Position numbers and translations under genes: made by a program. A stretch of DNA of 64,000 nt. It comes from Candidatus Multivorans sp. (GTDB lineage Bacteria; Acidobacteriota; Thermoanaerobaculia; Multivoradales; Multivoraceae). The notes below the pieces were generated by a model. That model had not been told where the DNA came from and made no database searches. It saw nothing but the letters and a program-made list of their open reading frames with translations. Position 1 is the stretch's first letter. Each line of letters starts with the position of its first letter. Of this stretch, positions 37,759 through 47,964 are shown piece after piece. The stretch covers positions 2,624,001 to 2,688,000 of the forward strand of contig OZ251997.1 of assembly GCA_965247095.1 (NCBI GenBank), written 5' to 3'.

Positions 37759-39207
37759 TTGGTCGAGTCGAGTAGCAGCACGTCCCCGAACCCGGCGCCG
37801 CCGGTCTCCGCCTGGCGGAGGGCGCTGGTCTATGGGCTGGGCCTGTCCGGCGTGGCGGCAGCGCGCGCGCTTGTTGACCGCGGTATTCGCGTGGCGGCCG
37901 TCGACGGCCGTCCGGCCTCCGGTCTTGGGTCGGCGGCACAGGAACTCCTCCGAACGGGACGGGTTGAGACGTTGCTGGACGAACAGGCGGCGCTGCCGAG
38001 AGGTCTCGACGCCGTCGTGCTGAGTCCGGGCGTGCCGCCCAACCGGCCCCTGCTGCGGAGCGCCCGGTCGGCGAAGACGCCGGTTGTGGCCGAAGTGGAG
38101 CTCGCCTACCGCCTGCTGGAGGTGTCGTGCGCGCCGACCGTGGTGGCGATCACCGGCAGCAACGGCAAGAGCACGACGACCGCGCTCACCGGCGCCCTGC
38201 TCGAAGCGGCGGGTTACCCGGTTGAGGTCTGCGGCAACATCGGCACGCCGCTGAGCGCCCGCGTCGACGGACCGCCCGGGCGGGTGTTCGTCGTCGAGCT
38301 CTCGAGCTTCCAACTCGAGGCGGTCGACCGTTTCCGTCCTCGGGCGGCGGCGCTTCTGAACATCAGCCCCGACCATCTCGACCGCTACCGCAACGTGGGA
38401 GAGTACGCGGCCGCGAAGGCGCGCATCTTCGGCAACCAGGCGCTCGGAGACATCGCTGTGGTGAACGGCGACGACTCCCAGGCGCGCCGGCTCGGGAGCG
38501 ACCGCGGGGGGGCATCGGCCCAGGTCAGGCGGCGCCTCTTCTCACGTCTCCGTCAGGTTGAGGACGGCTGCTACCTCGACCGCGACCGCGTGATCGAGGT
38601 CGGGCCGAACGTCCGGCGCGAGCTGTTCCGGCTCGACGATCTGGCGCTGGATGGGTTGCACAACGTGGAGAACGCGATGGCGGCTGCGCTGCTCGCGTCG
38701 GCTGTCGGCGCCGATCCACACGGTTTCGCCTCAGGTCTTCGCGGCTTTGGCGGCTTGCCCCACCGGATGCGTCTGGTCGAGACCATGGACGGCGTCCGCT
38801 ACTACAACGATTCGAAGGCAACCAACCCCGCGGCGTCCACGCAGGCGCTGGCCGGTTTCGGCGATGGCTCGGTTCACCTGATTCTGGGTGGCCGGGCGAA
38901 GGGGGAGGCCGATTTCGCCGAACTGGCGGCGGTGGCGGCGGCCAAGGCCGCGGCGGTCTACCTGATCGGCGAGGCCGCCGGCGCGATCGAATCCGTGCTG
39001 CTCGACGGTACGGCGCATCGCCGCTGCGGTTCGCTCGACCGGGCGGTCGAGGCGGCGTCCGCCGCGTCGAGCCGTGGCGAGAGCGTGCTGCTTTCGCCGG
39101 CCTGCGCCAGCTTCGACCAGTTCGAGGACTTCGCCGACCGCGGCCGCTGCTTCGAGCGTCAGGTCAGAGCTCTCGCGGCGGCTCGCGGAGGGGGCGGCGA
39201 TGGCTAA
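37759..39207 (+). CDS. murD: UDP-MurNAc-L-Ala:D-Glu ligase
   Basis: GLGLSG, SPGVP, ITGSNGKSTTT, ELSSFQL, NDSKATN, LSPACASFDQF; TTG start after GAGG. Confidence 0.95.
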   Translation: MVESSSSTSPNPAPPVSAWRRALVYGLGLSGVAAARALVDRGIRVAAVDGRPASGLGSAAQELLRTGRVETLLDEQAALPRGLDAVVLSPGVPPNRPLLRSARSAKTPVVAEVELAYRLLEVSCAPTVVAITGSNGKSTTTALTGALLEAAGYPVEVCGNIGTPLSARVDGPPGRVFVVELSSFQLEAVDRFRPRAAALLNISPDHLDRYRNVGEYAAAKARIFGNQALGDIAVVNGDDSQARRLGSDRGGASAQVRRRLFSRLRQVEDGCYLDRDRVIEVGPNVRRELFRLDDLALDGLHNVENAMAAALLASAVGADPHGFASGLRGFGGLPHRMRLVETMDGVRYYNDSKATNPAASTQALAGFGDGSVHLILGGRAKGEADFAELAAVAAAKAAAVYLIGEAAGAIESVLLDGTAHRRCGSLDRAVEAASAASSRGESVLLSPACASFDQFEDFADRGRCFERQVRALAAARGGGGDG

Positions 39208-40276
39208 GAAGCTCGCCATCGACAAGGTGCTCTTCACGGTCGTCGTCCTGCTGGTGGTGGGGGGGCTGGTCATGGTCTATTCGGCCAACCCGCCCGACCC
39301 CGACGGCGCCTTCAAGCGGCAGTTCGTCACCCAGCTCGCGGCGGCGATCGTCGGTCTGGGCGCGATGCTGGTGGTGATGAACATCGACTACCGGCGCTGG
39401 GCCAGACCGTGGCTGGTGTACGCCGGCCTCGGCGTCTCGCTCGGGCTGCTCGGCATCGTGCTGGCGTCGCCGCCGATCAACGGCAGCAGCCGGTGGCTGT
39501 CGCTTGGACCGGTGACCTTTCAGCCGTCGGAGCTGGCCAAGGTCGCGGTCATCCTCTTTCTCGCGTACCAGATCCACCGCTGCCCTGAGGGGGTCAGCCA
39601 GCCCCGGGTACTCGTGCCGTGCGGAGTCGGGGTCGGCCTGATGACCCTGCTCGTGATGCAGGCCCCGGACTTCGGCAGCGCCGCGCTGATCCTCGGCATC
39701 TCGGCGGTCATGCTGTTTCTCGCCGGTCTGTCCTGGCGCTGGATCGTGCCCGGGCTGCTGGTGTTCCCGGCGATGCTGGGGCTCTTCATCTGGTCGGAGC
39801 CCTACCGCGTGGAGCGGGTGATGAGCTTCCTCTCGCCGGAGACCGACCCCTCGGGCAACGGCTTTCAGGTGCTGCAGTCGCTGATCGCGATCGGCTCCGG
39901 CGGCGTGACCGGTCAGGGCCTGGGCGAGAGCGCCCAGAAGCTCTACTTCCTGCCGCTGGCGAGTTCCGACTTCATCTTCTCGATCGTCAGCGAGGAGCTG
40001 GGATTGATCGGCGCCGCGGCGGTGCTGGCCGCATTCGTCGTTCTCGCCTGGCGGGGCTACGTCGCCGGGCACCGCGCCCCGGACGCGTTCGGCCGGTTTC
40101 TCGCTTGGGGACTGACGTCGGCGGTGCTCATCCAGGCGCTCGTCAACATCAGCGTCACCGTCGGACTGGTGCCGGTCACCGGTACGCCTCTGCCGTTTCT
40201 GTCGCACGGCGGATCCTCCCTGTTCATGACCCTGGTCGCGTGCGGCCTGCTGCTGAGCGTTTCGGAGCATGGATGA
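39200..40276 (+). CDS. ftsW: SEDS peptidoglycan polymerase FtsW
   Basis: RWLSLGPVTFQPSELAK, PDFG, DFIFSIVSEELG, LPFLSHGGSS. Confidence 0.95.
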   Translation: MAKKLAIDKVLFTVVVLLVVGGLVMVYSANPPDPDGAFKRQFVTQLAAAIVGLGAMLVVMNIDYRRWARPWLVYAGLGVSLGLLGIVLASPPINGSSRWLSLGPVTFQPSELAKVAVILFLAYQIHRCPEGVSQPRVLVPCGVGVGLMTLLVMQAPDFGSAALILGISAVMLFLAGLSWRWIVPGLLVFPAMLGLFIWSEPYRVERVMSFLSPETDPSGNGFQVLQSLIAIGSGGVTGQGLGESAQKLYFLPLASSDFIFSIVSEELGLIGAAAVLAAFVVLAWRGYVAGHRAPDAFGRFLAWGLTSAVLIQALVNISVTVGLVPVTGTPLPFLSHGGSSLFMTLVACGLLLSVSEHG

Positions 40277-41385
40277 GCGCTCGCACTCACCGTCGAACGG
40301 TGGTCTTCTCGGGTGGTGGAACCGGCGGCCACGTGTTCCCCGGCCTGGCAGTGGCCGAGGAACTCCGGCGCCTCGGTTGGCGAACGGCGTGGATAGGGCG
40401 CGGGCGGAGCCTCGAGGAACGGTTGGTCGCCGCGGCCGGGCTCGAGTTCAGGGCGTTGCCGGCGCGGGCGTTCGTGGACCGCGGCGCCCTGGAGCGAGCG
40501 GTCGCCCTGGGTGTTCTGGCGGTCTCGACGCTGCGTGCCGCCGTGCTGCTGCGCCGCCTTGGTGCGGCGGTGGTGTTGGCCACCGGCGGCTACGCCTGCG
40601 CTCCGGCTGCCCTGGGGGCCCGGCTGAACGGTTCCGGCCTCTACCTGCTCGAGCCGAACGCGCAGAGCGGTGCGGCGAACCGGCTGCTGTCGCGGTTCGC
40701 CACGGAGGCGGGGACTGCTTTCGAGTCCGCTGCGAAGCAGTTGGCGTGCGAGGCGCGGCTGGTCGGTGTTCCGGTGCGCCGGGCCTTCCGCCAGGTCGGC
40801 GAACCGCGCCTCCAGAGCGACTGCACGCGGGTGCTGGTGCTCGGCGGCAGCCAGGGCTCGGATGCTCTCAACCGGCAACTGCCGGGCCTGTTCGCCCGGG
40901 CCGCCCGAAAGACAGCCATCGAGGTCACGCACCAGTCGGGACCTTCCCGGGTCGACGACACCCGCGACCGCTATCGAGGTCTCGGGGCGCCGGCGCTCAA
41001 GGCGACGGTCGAGGGGTTCATCGAGGACACCGCCGGCGCGATGGCGGCCCACGACCTGATCGTGTCGCGGGCGGGGGCGGTGACGGTGGCGGAAGTGGCC
41101 GCGGCCGGCCGGCCGGCGGTCTACGTTCCGTTGCCGCTGGCCGCGGGGCACCAGCGCGGCAACACGCAGGCGATGGTCGATGCGGGAGCGGCGATCCTGG
41201 TCGAGCAGGACGATCTGCAGGGCGAGGCGGCGGCGGAGCGATGCGCGGGGCTGATCGCGGATCGCGCCCGGCTTTCGTCCATGGCTCGGGCGGCGCGCGC
41301 CCACAGCCGGGGCGATGCGGCGCGCGCCGTAGCGGAGCGGGTATGCGCGATCGCCGGCGCCTCCAGCGCCGGGAGGACGCGCTGA
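40273..41385 (+). CDS. murG: Lipid II GlcNAc transferase
   Basis: GGGTGGHVFPG, TGGY, LGGSQGS, SRAGAVTVAE, HQRGN. Confidence 0.95.
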   Translation: MSARTHRRTVVFSGGGTGGHVFPGLAVAEELRRLGWRTAWIGRGRSLEERLVAAAGLEFRALPARAFVDRGALERAVALGVLAVSTLRAAVLLRRLGAAVVLATGGYACAPAALGARLNGSGLYLLEPNAQSGAANRLLSRFATEAGTAFESAAKQLACEARLVGVPVRRAFRQVGEPRLQSDCTRVLVLGGSQGSDALNRQLPGLFARAARKTAIEVTHQSGPSRVDDTRDRYRGLGAPALKATVEGFIEDTAGAMAAHDLIVSRAGAVTVAEVAAAGRPAVYVPLPLAAGHQRGNTQAMVDAGAAILVEQDDLQGEAAAERCAGLIADRARLSSMARAARAHSRGDAARAVAERVCAIAGASSAGRTR

Positions 41386-42806
41386 TGCCTCTGTTCCTGC
41401 GCAGCGCGGGCCTTGAACGGATCCACTTCGTCGGCATCGGCGGCGCCGGAATGAGCGGCATCGCGGAAGTCCTGCTCAACTACGACCTCGCGATCAGCGG
41501 CTCCGATCTGGAGGCGAGCGAAACGACCCAGCGGCTTGCCGAACTCGGCGCGTCAGTCTTCCTCGGCCACTCGGCCGAGAACGTGGGGCAGACCGACCTG
41601 GTCGTCGTCTCCTCGGCCGTCTCCGCCGGCAATGAAGAGGTCGTTGCCGCGCGCCGGCGCGGCGTCCCGATCGTGCGCAGAGCCCAGATGCTGGCTGAGC
41701 TGATGCGGCTCAAGTACGGCATCGCCGTGGCGGGTACGCACGGCAAGACGACGACGACGTCGCTCGTGGGCAGCGTACTGACCGGCGCGGGCCTCGATCC
41801 CACCGTCGTCGTCGGCGGCCGGCTCCGCGTGTCCGGCACGGGAGCGCGCCACGGCAAGAGCGACTACCTGGTTGCGGAGGCGGACGAGTTCGACCGCAGT
41901 TTCCTCGATCTGGCGCCGGTCATCGCCGTGATCACGAACATCGATGTCGATCACCTCGACACCTACCGCGACCTGGCTGACATCAAGGATGCCTTCGTGC
42001 GCTTTGCCACCCGGGTTCCCTTCTTCGGTCAGATCATCGCCTGCGTCGACGACGCGAATGTGCGGGACCTGCTGCCCCGCCTCGCGGACCGGCGGATCGT
42101 CACCTACGGCTTCGACTCGGGGGCGGACCTGCAGGCGCGCGATCCCGAGCCCACCGCCTCCGGCGTGCGGTTCGAGGTAGTGGATTCGGCCGCGGGTCGT
42201 CTTGGCGCGGTCGAGCTGCCGATGCCCGGTCGACACAACGTCCTGAACGCGTTGGCGGCGGTGGCTGCGGCCCGCGCCACAGGAGTCGACTTCGAGACGG
42301 CCGCACGTCTCCTGTCTGGTTTCTCCGGCGTTCACCGGCGCTTCGAGCGGGTGGGCAGTTGGCGGGGTGCGACCGTGGTCGATGACTACGCGCACCACCC
42401 GACCGAGGTCGAGGCGACCCTGCGGGCCGCTCGCGAGGTGCTGGATTTCGCTGGGGAAGAGGGTCGGCCGCGCCGGCTTCACGCCGTGTTCCAGCCCCAC
42501 CTGTTCAGCCGGACGCGGGACCTGGCGGGCGACTTCGGCCGCGCCCTGCTGCTGGCCGACAACGCTCTGGTTACCGACATCTATGCGTCCCGTGAGAAGC
42601 CGCTTCCCGGGGTGGATGGGGGCCTCGTGGTCGCGGCGGCCGCCGGCAGCGGCCACCCCAGCGTCACAGGCTGCGGTCCCTGGTGTACGGTGCCTGAGCG
42701 CCTCCGTCCGGTGGTTCGGGAAGGGGACATGATCCTCACCCTCGGCGCCGGAGACATCTACCGGTTGGCTCGACTCCTCGTGGCGGATGAGGAGGACGGA
42801 AGATGA
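41385..42806 (+). CDS. murC: UDP-MurNAc:L-Ala ligase
   Basis: HFVGIGGAGMSGIA, AGTHGKTTTTS, EADEFDRSF, DDYAHHPTE, FQPH. Confidence 0.96.
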   Translation: MPLFLRSAGLERIHFVGIGGAGMSGIAEVLLNYDLAISGSDLEASETTQRLAELGASVFLGHSAENVGQTDLVVVSSAVSAGNEEVVAARRRGVPIVRRAQMLAELMRLKYGIAVAGTHGKTTTTSLVGSVLTGAGLDPTVVVGGRLRVSGTGARHGKSDYLVAEADEFDRSFLDLAPVIAVITNIDVDHLDTYRDLADIKDAFVRFATRVPFFGQIIACVDDANVRDLLPRLADRRIVTYGFDSGADLQARDPEPTASGVRFEVVDSAAGRLGAVELPMPGRHNVLNALAAVAAARATGVDFETAARLLSGFSGVHRRFERVGSWRGATVVDDYAHHPTEVEATLRAAREVLDFAGEEGRPRRLHAVFQPHLFSRTRDLAGDFGRALLLADNALVTDIYASREKPLPGVDGGLVVAAAAGSGHPSVTGCGPWCTVPERLRPVVREGDMILTLGAGDIYRLARLLVADEEDGR

Positions 42807-43732
42807 ATCGCGGCAGGAGTGGGCTGCCGCTTGCGGGACGCCGGACCGTGCGCCGCCGCCGTCCGCGGCCCGTCGTCTGGTTGGCGATGGGAGCGGGGAA
42901 GGTCTTCCTGGGCGTGGTGCCCGTCGTGGCGGTCGGCGTGTGGCTGGCGACGGCGCCGGTGTTCGACCTGAAGCCTGAGATCGGGATCGAGACGGGGGCG
43001 CGCGTGTCGGAGGAGTGGGTGCGGGACCGGCTTGCCGGCCTGGTGGGACGCAACCTTCCGATCCTCTCTCTGGAACGCGCCGCGGTGCGACTCGAGCACG
43101 AGTGGGTGCGTGAAGCGAGGTTGACCAAGCGGCTCCCGAACGAACTCGATGTGCAGATCGTGGAACACGAGCCGGCCGCCGTGTTCGAGTCTGGAGACCG
43201 ATCCTGGATCATCGACCGAGACGGCCGGGCGATCGTGGGATGCGAGCGCGCTGCCGATCTCTGTGAGGGGAGTGCGGTCGCGGTCGCCGAGAGCACCCTG
43301 GTTCGAGTTTCGATTCAGAGCGCGCTGCTCGGGGAGCGTGTCGGGGAGAGTCCGGCGCGGAACCCCGGCGTTACCGGCCTCGCATCGAGAGACATCTCGG
43401 GCGAAGTGCTCGCGCGGACGCTGAAGCGGGCCGTCGATGTCGCGAGCGAGGTCAGGTCGTTCGACTGGGGCCGGGAGGTGTTCGCGGTCGGAGTTCTGAG
43501 CGACGGCGACTATCTGCTCGCGCGGAGCGGTCGGCCGGCGACGGTTCTGGTGCGCGAGAGCGATCTGACCGCAAAGGGCTCGGTGTTCGAGTTGCTGCAG
43601 GCGGCGATCAGGGAACACAGCGATCCCGAGGTCGTCGACTTGCGGTTCAGAGAGCGAATTGTCCTGTCGAGGGAGGCGCCGGGTACAGGCCGCGACCCCG
43701 CCGATGAGATCAATGCCGGAGATCCCTCGTAG
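42803..43732 (+). CDS. ftsQ: Cell division protein FtsQ/DivIB
   Basis: Single TM, POTRA-like WVREARLTKRLPNELDVQIVEHEP, C-terminal VDLRF; lies before ftsA. Confidence 0.85.
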   Translation: MNRGRSGLPLAGRRTVRRRRPRPVVWLAMGAGKVFLGVVPVVAVGVWLATAPVFDLKPEIGIETGARVSEEWVRDRLAGLVGRNLPILSLERAAVRLEHEWVREARLTKRLPNELDVQIVEHEPAAVFESGDRSWIIDRDGRAIVGCERAADLCEGSAVAVAESTLVRVSIQSALLGERVGESPARNPGVTGLASRDISGEVLARTLKRAVDVASEVRSFDWGREVFAVGVLSDGDYLLARSGRPATVLVRESDLTAKGSVFELLQAAIREHSDPEVVDLRFRERIVLSREAPGTGRDPADEINAGDPS

Positions 43733-43748
43733 AGGGGAGGACGAAACG

Positions 43749-44999
43749 ATGCCGAATACGGACACACGTTTGGTAGCCATCGATGTCGGCTCGGCGAAGG
43801 TCGGCGTGCTGATCGTCGAGCGCACCGAGATCGACGGAGAGCCCGGCCTCAAGGTCGTCGGCGTCGGCAGGGCGCCCAACTGCGGCACGTTGAAGGGTCA
43901 CATCGTCAACGTCGAGGCGACGGTGAGCTCGCTGCGGCGGGCTACCGAGGAAGCCGAGACCATGGCGGGAACCGAGATTTCCCGTGCCGTTGTCGGTGTC
44001 GGCGGCAGCGACCTGCGCTCGGCGAACAGCCACGGCACGGCCTACATCGACAGCGGTGACCGGGGCATCTCGCGCGCCGACATCGACCTCGTTCTGAATG
44101 CCGCCCGGGACGTGCCGCTTCCTCCCGACCGCGAGATCCTGCACGCGATCCCGCAGGAGTTCGCGGTCGACGATCACGGTGGCATAGCGGACCCCCAGGG
44201 CATGCTGGGGAGCCGTCTCGAGGCCAAGGTCCACCTGGTCATGGGCCACGCGCCGAGAACGAGGACGCTGATCCGGTGCCTGAACCAGGCGGGTGTGGAG
44301 GCGGCGGAGGTCGTGTTCGAGCCGCTGGCCACGGCGGAAGCGGTCCTGCTTCCCGATGAGCGCGAACTCGGCGTTCTGATGCTGGAGATCGGATCCGGCA
44401 CCTGCGGATTCGCGTTCTTCCACCAATCGGAAGTCCAGCACAGCGGCGTCCTTCCGTTCGGCGCCAGCCACTTCACGGCCGACTTGGCCTCGGTGCTGCG
44501 AACCTCGTTCGCCGGCGCCGAAACGCTGAAGCTCCGCGACGGCTGCTGCCTCCCCGGTTTGTTTGACGGCGACGAGGGAGTGACCGTGCCGAGCGTAGGG
44601 GGAGGCGCCAGCCGGACGATCGCGCGGTCGAGGCTCGCCGAGATCCTGCAGGCCCGCGCCGAGGAGATGTTCCATTTCGTCCAGGTCGAGATGGAGAAAG
44701 CGGGCTGCGCCGATCAGCTCCGGGGCGGAGTCGTTCTCACCGGCGGCGGTTCGAAGCTGGCCGGTCTTCCCGAACTGGCCCAGCAGTTCTTCTCGTGCGA
44801 CGCACGCTACGGAGTGCCGCTCGGTCTCACCAGCGAGATCGAGGGTCTTACCGATCCGACATGGGCGACCGCCGCGGGCCTTGTGCGTTACGCCGTCGCC
44901 GCGGAGCAGGCCCGATTGCCGCTCGTGCGCCAGGGCTCCGTTCGCGGAGTGCGCGGGGTGATGGGCAGCCTGCGACAGATGTTCAGCGATCTTCTCTGA
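43749..44999 (+). CDS. ftsA: Cell division protein FtsA
   Basis: AIDVGSAKV, HAIPQEF, DERELGV, GVVLTGGGS. Confidence 0.95.
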   Translation: MPNTDTRLVAIDVGSAKVGVLIVERTEIDGEPGLKVVGVGRAPNCGTLKGHIVNVEATVSSLRRATEEAETMAGTEISRAVVGVGGSDLRSANSHGTAYIDSGDRGISRADIDLVLNAARDVPLPPDREILHAIPQEFAVDDHGGIADPQGMLGSRLEAKVHLVMGHAPRTRTLIRCLNQAGVEAAEVVFEPLATAEAVLLPDERELGVLMLEIGSGTCGFAFFHQSEVQHSGVLPFGASHFTADLASVLRTSFAGAETLKLRDGCCLPGLFDGDEGVTVPSVGGGASRTIARSRLAEILQARAEEMFHFVQVEMEKAGCADQLRGGVVLTGGGSKLAGLPELAQQFFSCDARYGVPLGLTSEIEGLTDPTWATAAGLVRYAVAAEQARLPLVRQGSVRGVRGVMGSLRQMFSDLL

Positions 45000-45040
45000 T
45001 CTTGAGTTACTGAACCGGAGGGTTCGAAAGGGAGAGTGCC

Positions 45041-46321
45041 ATGATTCTGATGGAAGAGCAGCAGCCGGCCGCGATGGAGCCGACGATCGACGATGCGGCT
45101 TCCTCCGAGGAGAGCTTCGGCCCGGCCAAGATCAAGGTCGTCGGTGTCGGCGGCGGCGGCGGCAATGCCGTCAACCGGATGATCGCCAGCAGTCTGAGCG
45201 GCATCGAGTTCATCGCGGCCAACACCGACCTGCAGGCGCTGAGGCGCTGCGAAGCGGAGACGAAGTTGCAGCTCGGCCGCAAGATCACGCGCGGCCTGGG
45301 CGCCGGGGCCGACCCGGACATCGGACGCAACTCGGCGCTGGAGGACACGGACAAGATCCTCGATGTGCTGAGCGGCGCCGACATGGTTTTCCTGGCGGCC
45401 GGACTCGGCGGCGGAACCGGCACGGGCGCGGTGCCCATCATCGGTTCCCTGGCAGCCGAGGTCGGAGCTCTGACCGTGGCGGTGGTCACGAAGCCGTTCG
45501 CCTTCGAGGGCCGGCGGCGGATGCTGATCGCGGAGCGCGGTCTGGAAGAGCTGCACAAGGCGGTCGACACGGTCATCGCGATCCCGAACGAGCGGCTGCT
45601 GAGCTTCGTCGATCGGGGCACGTCGCTTTCGGATGCCTTCCTCACCGCCGACGACGTTCTGCGCCAGTCGGTTCAGGGCATCAGCGACCTGATCACGATG
45701 CCCGGCGAGGTGAACGCCGACTTCGCGGACGTGCGGGCGATCATGTGCGGTCAGGGGATCGCGGTGATGGGCACCGGCCTGGCGTCGGGCGACAACCGTG
45801 CGCTCGAGGCGGCGCAGCGCGCCGTGTCCTCGCCTCTGCTCGAGGACGCCTCGATCGAGGGCGCCAGGGGCTGCCTGATCAACATCACGGGCGGCAGTTC
45901 GCTGACGCTCCACGAGGTAGCCGAAGCGGCCCGCATGGTCACCGAGGCGGTGGATCCGAACGCGAACATCATCTCCGGTCTGGTGGTCGACGAGACGATG
46001 GACGAGGAGATGAAGGTCACCGTGATCGCGACCGGCTTCGCCGAGGATCGGAAGCCTCGCCCGGGCGGCTCGGAATTGATGCCTGAGGGCGCCGGGACCG
46101 ATGAGGCTGCGGATTCGCCCGAGGGTCTCGCTGCCGCCGGGCAGGCGGCGGACGCGGCTCTCAAGGGGGACTCGCCCGCGGACAAGGCCGCCGACGACGC
46201 GGGCTTCCGCGATCGGCTGCTCGCCGAGCGCCACAAGATCGATCCGGGTGGCTTCGGACCGAACTGGCGCAACGTCGACGACTACGACATCCCGACGGTG
46301 CTGCGCAAGCAGATGGACTGA
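45041..46321 (+). CDS. ftsZ: Cell division protein FtsZ
   Basis: [28 protein letters not shown]-terminal [11 protein letters not shown]. Confidence 0.98.
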   Translation: MILMEEQQPAAMEPTIDDAASSEESFGPAKIKVVGVGGGGGNAVNRMIASSLSGIEFIAANTDLQALRRCEAETKLQLGRKITRGLGAGADPDIGRNSALEDTDKILDVLSGADMVFLAAGLGGGTGTGAVPIIGSLAAEVGALTVAVVTKPFAFEGRRRMLIAERGLEELHKAVDTVIAIPNERLLSFVDRGTSLSDAFLTADDVLRQSVQGISDLITMPGEVNADFADVRAIMCGQGIAVMGTGLASGDNRALEAAQRAVSSPLLEDASIEGARGCLINITGGSSLTLHEVAEAARMVTEAVDPNANIISGLVVDETMDEEMKVTVIATGFAEDRKPRPGGSELMPEGAGTDEAADSPEGLAAAGQAADAALKGDSPADKAADDAGFRDRLLAERHKIDPGGFGPNWRNVDDYDIPTVLRKQMD

Positions 46322-46456
46322 GCTGGGAAGGGGGTCCGTGAGAGGCCGTACAGCCTGAGAGAAGCCCCTAAGTCAAGCAAGCGAGAGACTTACACGGCGC
46401 GCCGACCGACTTTCTCCTTAGGCGACGCTTCCGCTGCAAGAATGCCTGGAGAACTC

Positions 46457-46465
46457 TGCTAAACT
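46457..46465 (+). promoter_or_regulatory. Extended -10 promoter for the two-gene module
   Basis: TGCTAAACT (TGn-TAAACT), with RBS GAGGAG at about 46497. Confidence 0.45.
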
Positions 46466-46509
46466 GACAGATTGCCATGTGACCGACGACTGAACCGAGG
46501 AGTGAGAAC

Positions 46510-46707
46510 ATGCCGAAAGAGAAGTCTGCCAGCGCCGACACGCCGAAAGAGCAAAGCGGAGTCGAACTCTACGTGACGAGTCAAGGCGCATGGGGGATCA
46601 AGGACAAAGAAGCTTTCTATCGTAGAGACGACGTGCGAAAGTCCTTTGAGACAGCCTCCCGAATCGTCAAGCAGCAGCGTGACGCGAAGGCCAAGAGCGG
46701 ACAGTAG
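46510..46707 (+). CDS. Small basic hypothetical protein (65 aa)
   Basis: Strong RBS GAGGAG; A-rich codon usage unlike the flanking core genes. Confidence 0.65.
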   Translation: MPKEKSASADTPKEQSGVELYVTSQGAWGIKDKEAFYRRDDVRKSFETASRIVKQQRDAKAKSGQ

Positions 46708-46722
46708 CGGCGCGTCGACGGT

Positions 46723-47394
46723 ATGGGACTTGGTCTACTCCTCATCCCAGCCTTGGGTGGCTACTGGCTGCTCACCCACTCCAACCGCTGGAAGTTCACG
46801 GTACTGCTGCAGTCCGGCTATCACGTCTTCTTTCGTTCGGCCGCCAGCGGCCTTGCACTGTTTTCTGCATCCTACGTTCTCGCATTGGTTCTCCCGGGAC
46901 TGGAACGCCTCGGCTCTGTCTTGAAGATAGAACCGGATCACACCGAGTTCGTCCTAGCGATAGTCTTCAGCGCCCTTCTCGCTCTGGCCGTTCCACCCAC
47001 ACTCAATCTGCGCTTTACGGTATTGAAGGGGGCCATCCGCGCCGCCGAGGCCCGTAACGATCTAATCGAGCTGACCCTGCAGCGGGCGGCGCAGATGCCG
47101 ATGACAGTGGAGATCTCACTTCGCAGCGGGAAGTCCTATGTCGGCTGGGTGTTGGACAGCGCCATCTTTCGTTACGGCGGGGCGGACGCCGATATCTCTT
47201 TGCTGCCAACGACTAGTGGCCATCGGGATCCCGAGAACCAACAGCTCCACTTTACGACTGACTACGACAAGTTCTATGATTTCTATGACGCAATTGGCGA
47301 TCCCGGCCGTATGAGGCTCGCCATACCGCTCTCCGAAGTACTCAGCGCAAGGCTGTTCGACATGGACCTCTATGAGGCGGCACGCGCAGGTTGA
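46723..47394 (+). CDS. Hypothetical membrane protein (3-4 TM plus soluble beta-rich C-domain; DUF6338-like by recollection)
   Basis: Hydrophobic N-half; C-half VEISLRSGKSYVGWV...SGHRD...FTTDY...AIPLSEVLSARLFD. Confidence 0.7.
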   Translation: MGLGLLLIPALGGYWLLTHSNRWKFTVLLQSGYHVFFRSAASGLALFSASYVLALVLPGLERLGSVLKIEPDHTEFVLAIVFSALLALAVPPTLNLRFTVLKGAIRAAEARNDLIELTLQRAAQMPMTVEISLRSGKSYVGWVLDSAIFRYGGADADISLLPTTSGHRDPENQQLHFTTDYDKFYDFYDAIGDPGRMRLAIPLSEVLSARLFDMDLYEAARAG

Positions 47395-47479
47395 CGCGGC
47401 CCCCTCTCTGCCAACGTACGTGACACAGCGGCCATCCCGTTGAATAGTGGAGGGCACACGTTGGCGGCAAGGAGGATCA

Positions 47480-47964
47480 ATGTCAAGACGAGAGCAGAGG
47501 TTTGGCGGCGGCTCGGAGCTCCCGGCCGCGGGTGTTGAGGAGCGTAGCGACGAGGCCCCCGCGGCCGGCGCGGCGCCCGCCGGGGCGGTTCCCGACCCGG
47601 AAGTGCTGGCGAGACCGACCAGGCGGCAGTTCACGGCGGAGTACCGGCTGCGGATCTGGAGGAAGCGGACCGATGCACCCACCGCGGCGAGGTGGGTCGG
47701 CTGCTGCGGCGAGAGGGTCTGTACAGCTCCCATCTGGCCAACTGGCGCAAGGCGCGGCGCGAGGGCGCGCTTTCCGGTCTGAGGCCGAAGAAGCGGGGCC
47801 GCAAGCCGAACGAGGCCAACCCTCTGATGCCGAAGGTGAAGCGGCTGGAAGCGAAGGTCAAGCGGCTCGAGAGGGAAGTCGCCGCCGCGCACACGATCCT
47901 GGACGTCCAGGGAAAAGTTGCAGGGCTGCTGGGATTCAGCCTCGAAGACGGGAAGGACTGCTGA
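47480..47964 (+). pseudogene. IS3 OrfA, frameshift near 47656
   Basis: PDPEV..RRQFTAEYRLRI continues as EEADRC..GEVGRLLRREGLYSSHL in another frame. Confidence 0.75.

Noticed and set aside
36943-42806. Apparent long N-terminal extensions or fusions on MurD, MurG and MurC in the ORF track
   Set aside because: The extensions overlap upstream genes in another frame; proper coupled starts exist at 37759, 40273 and 41385.
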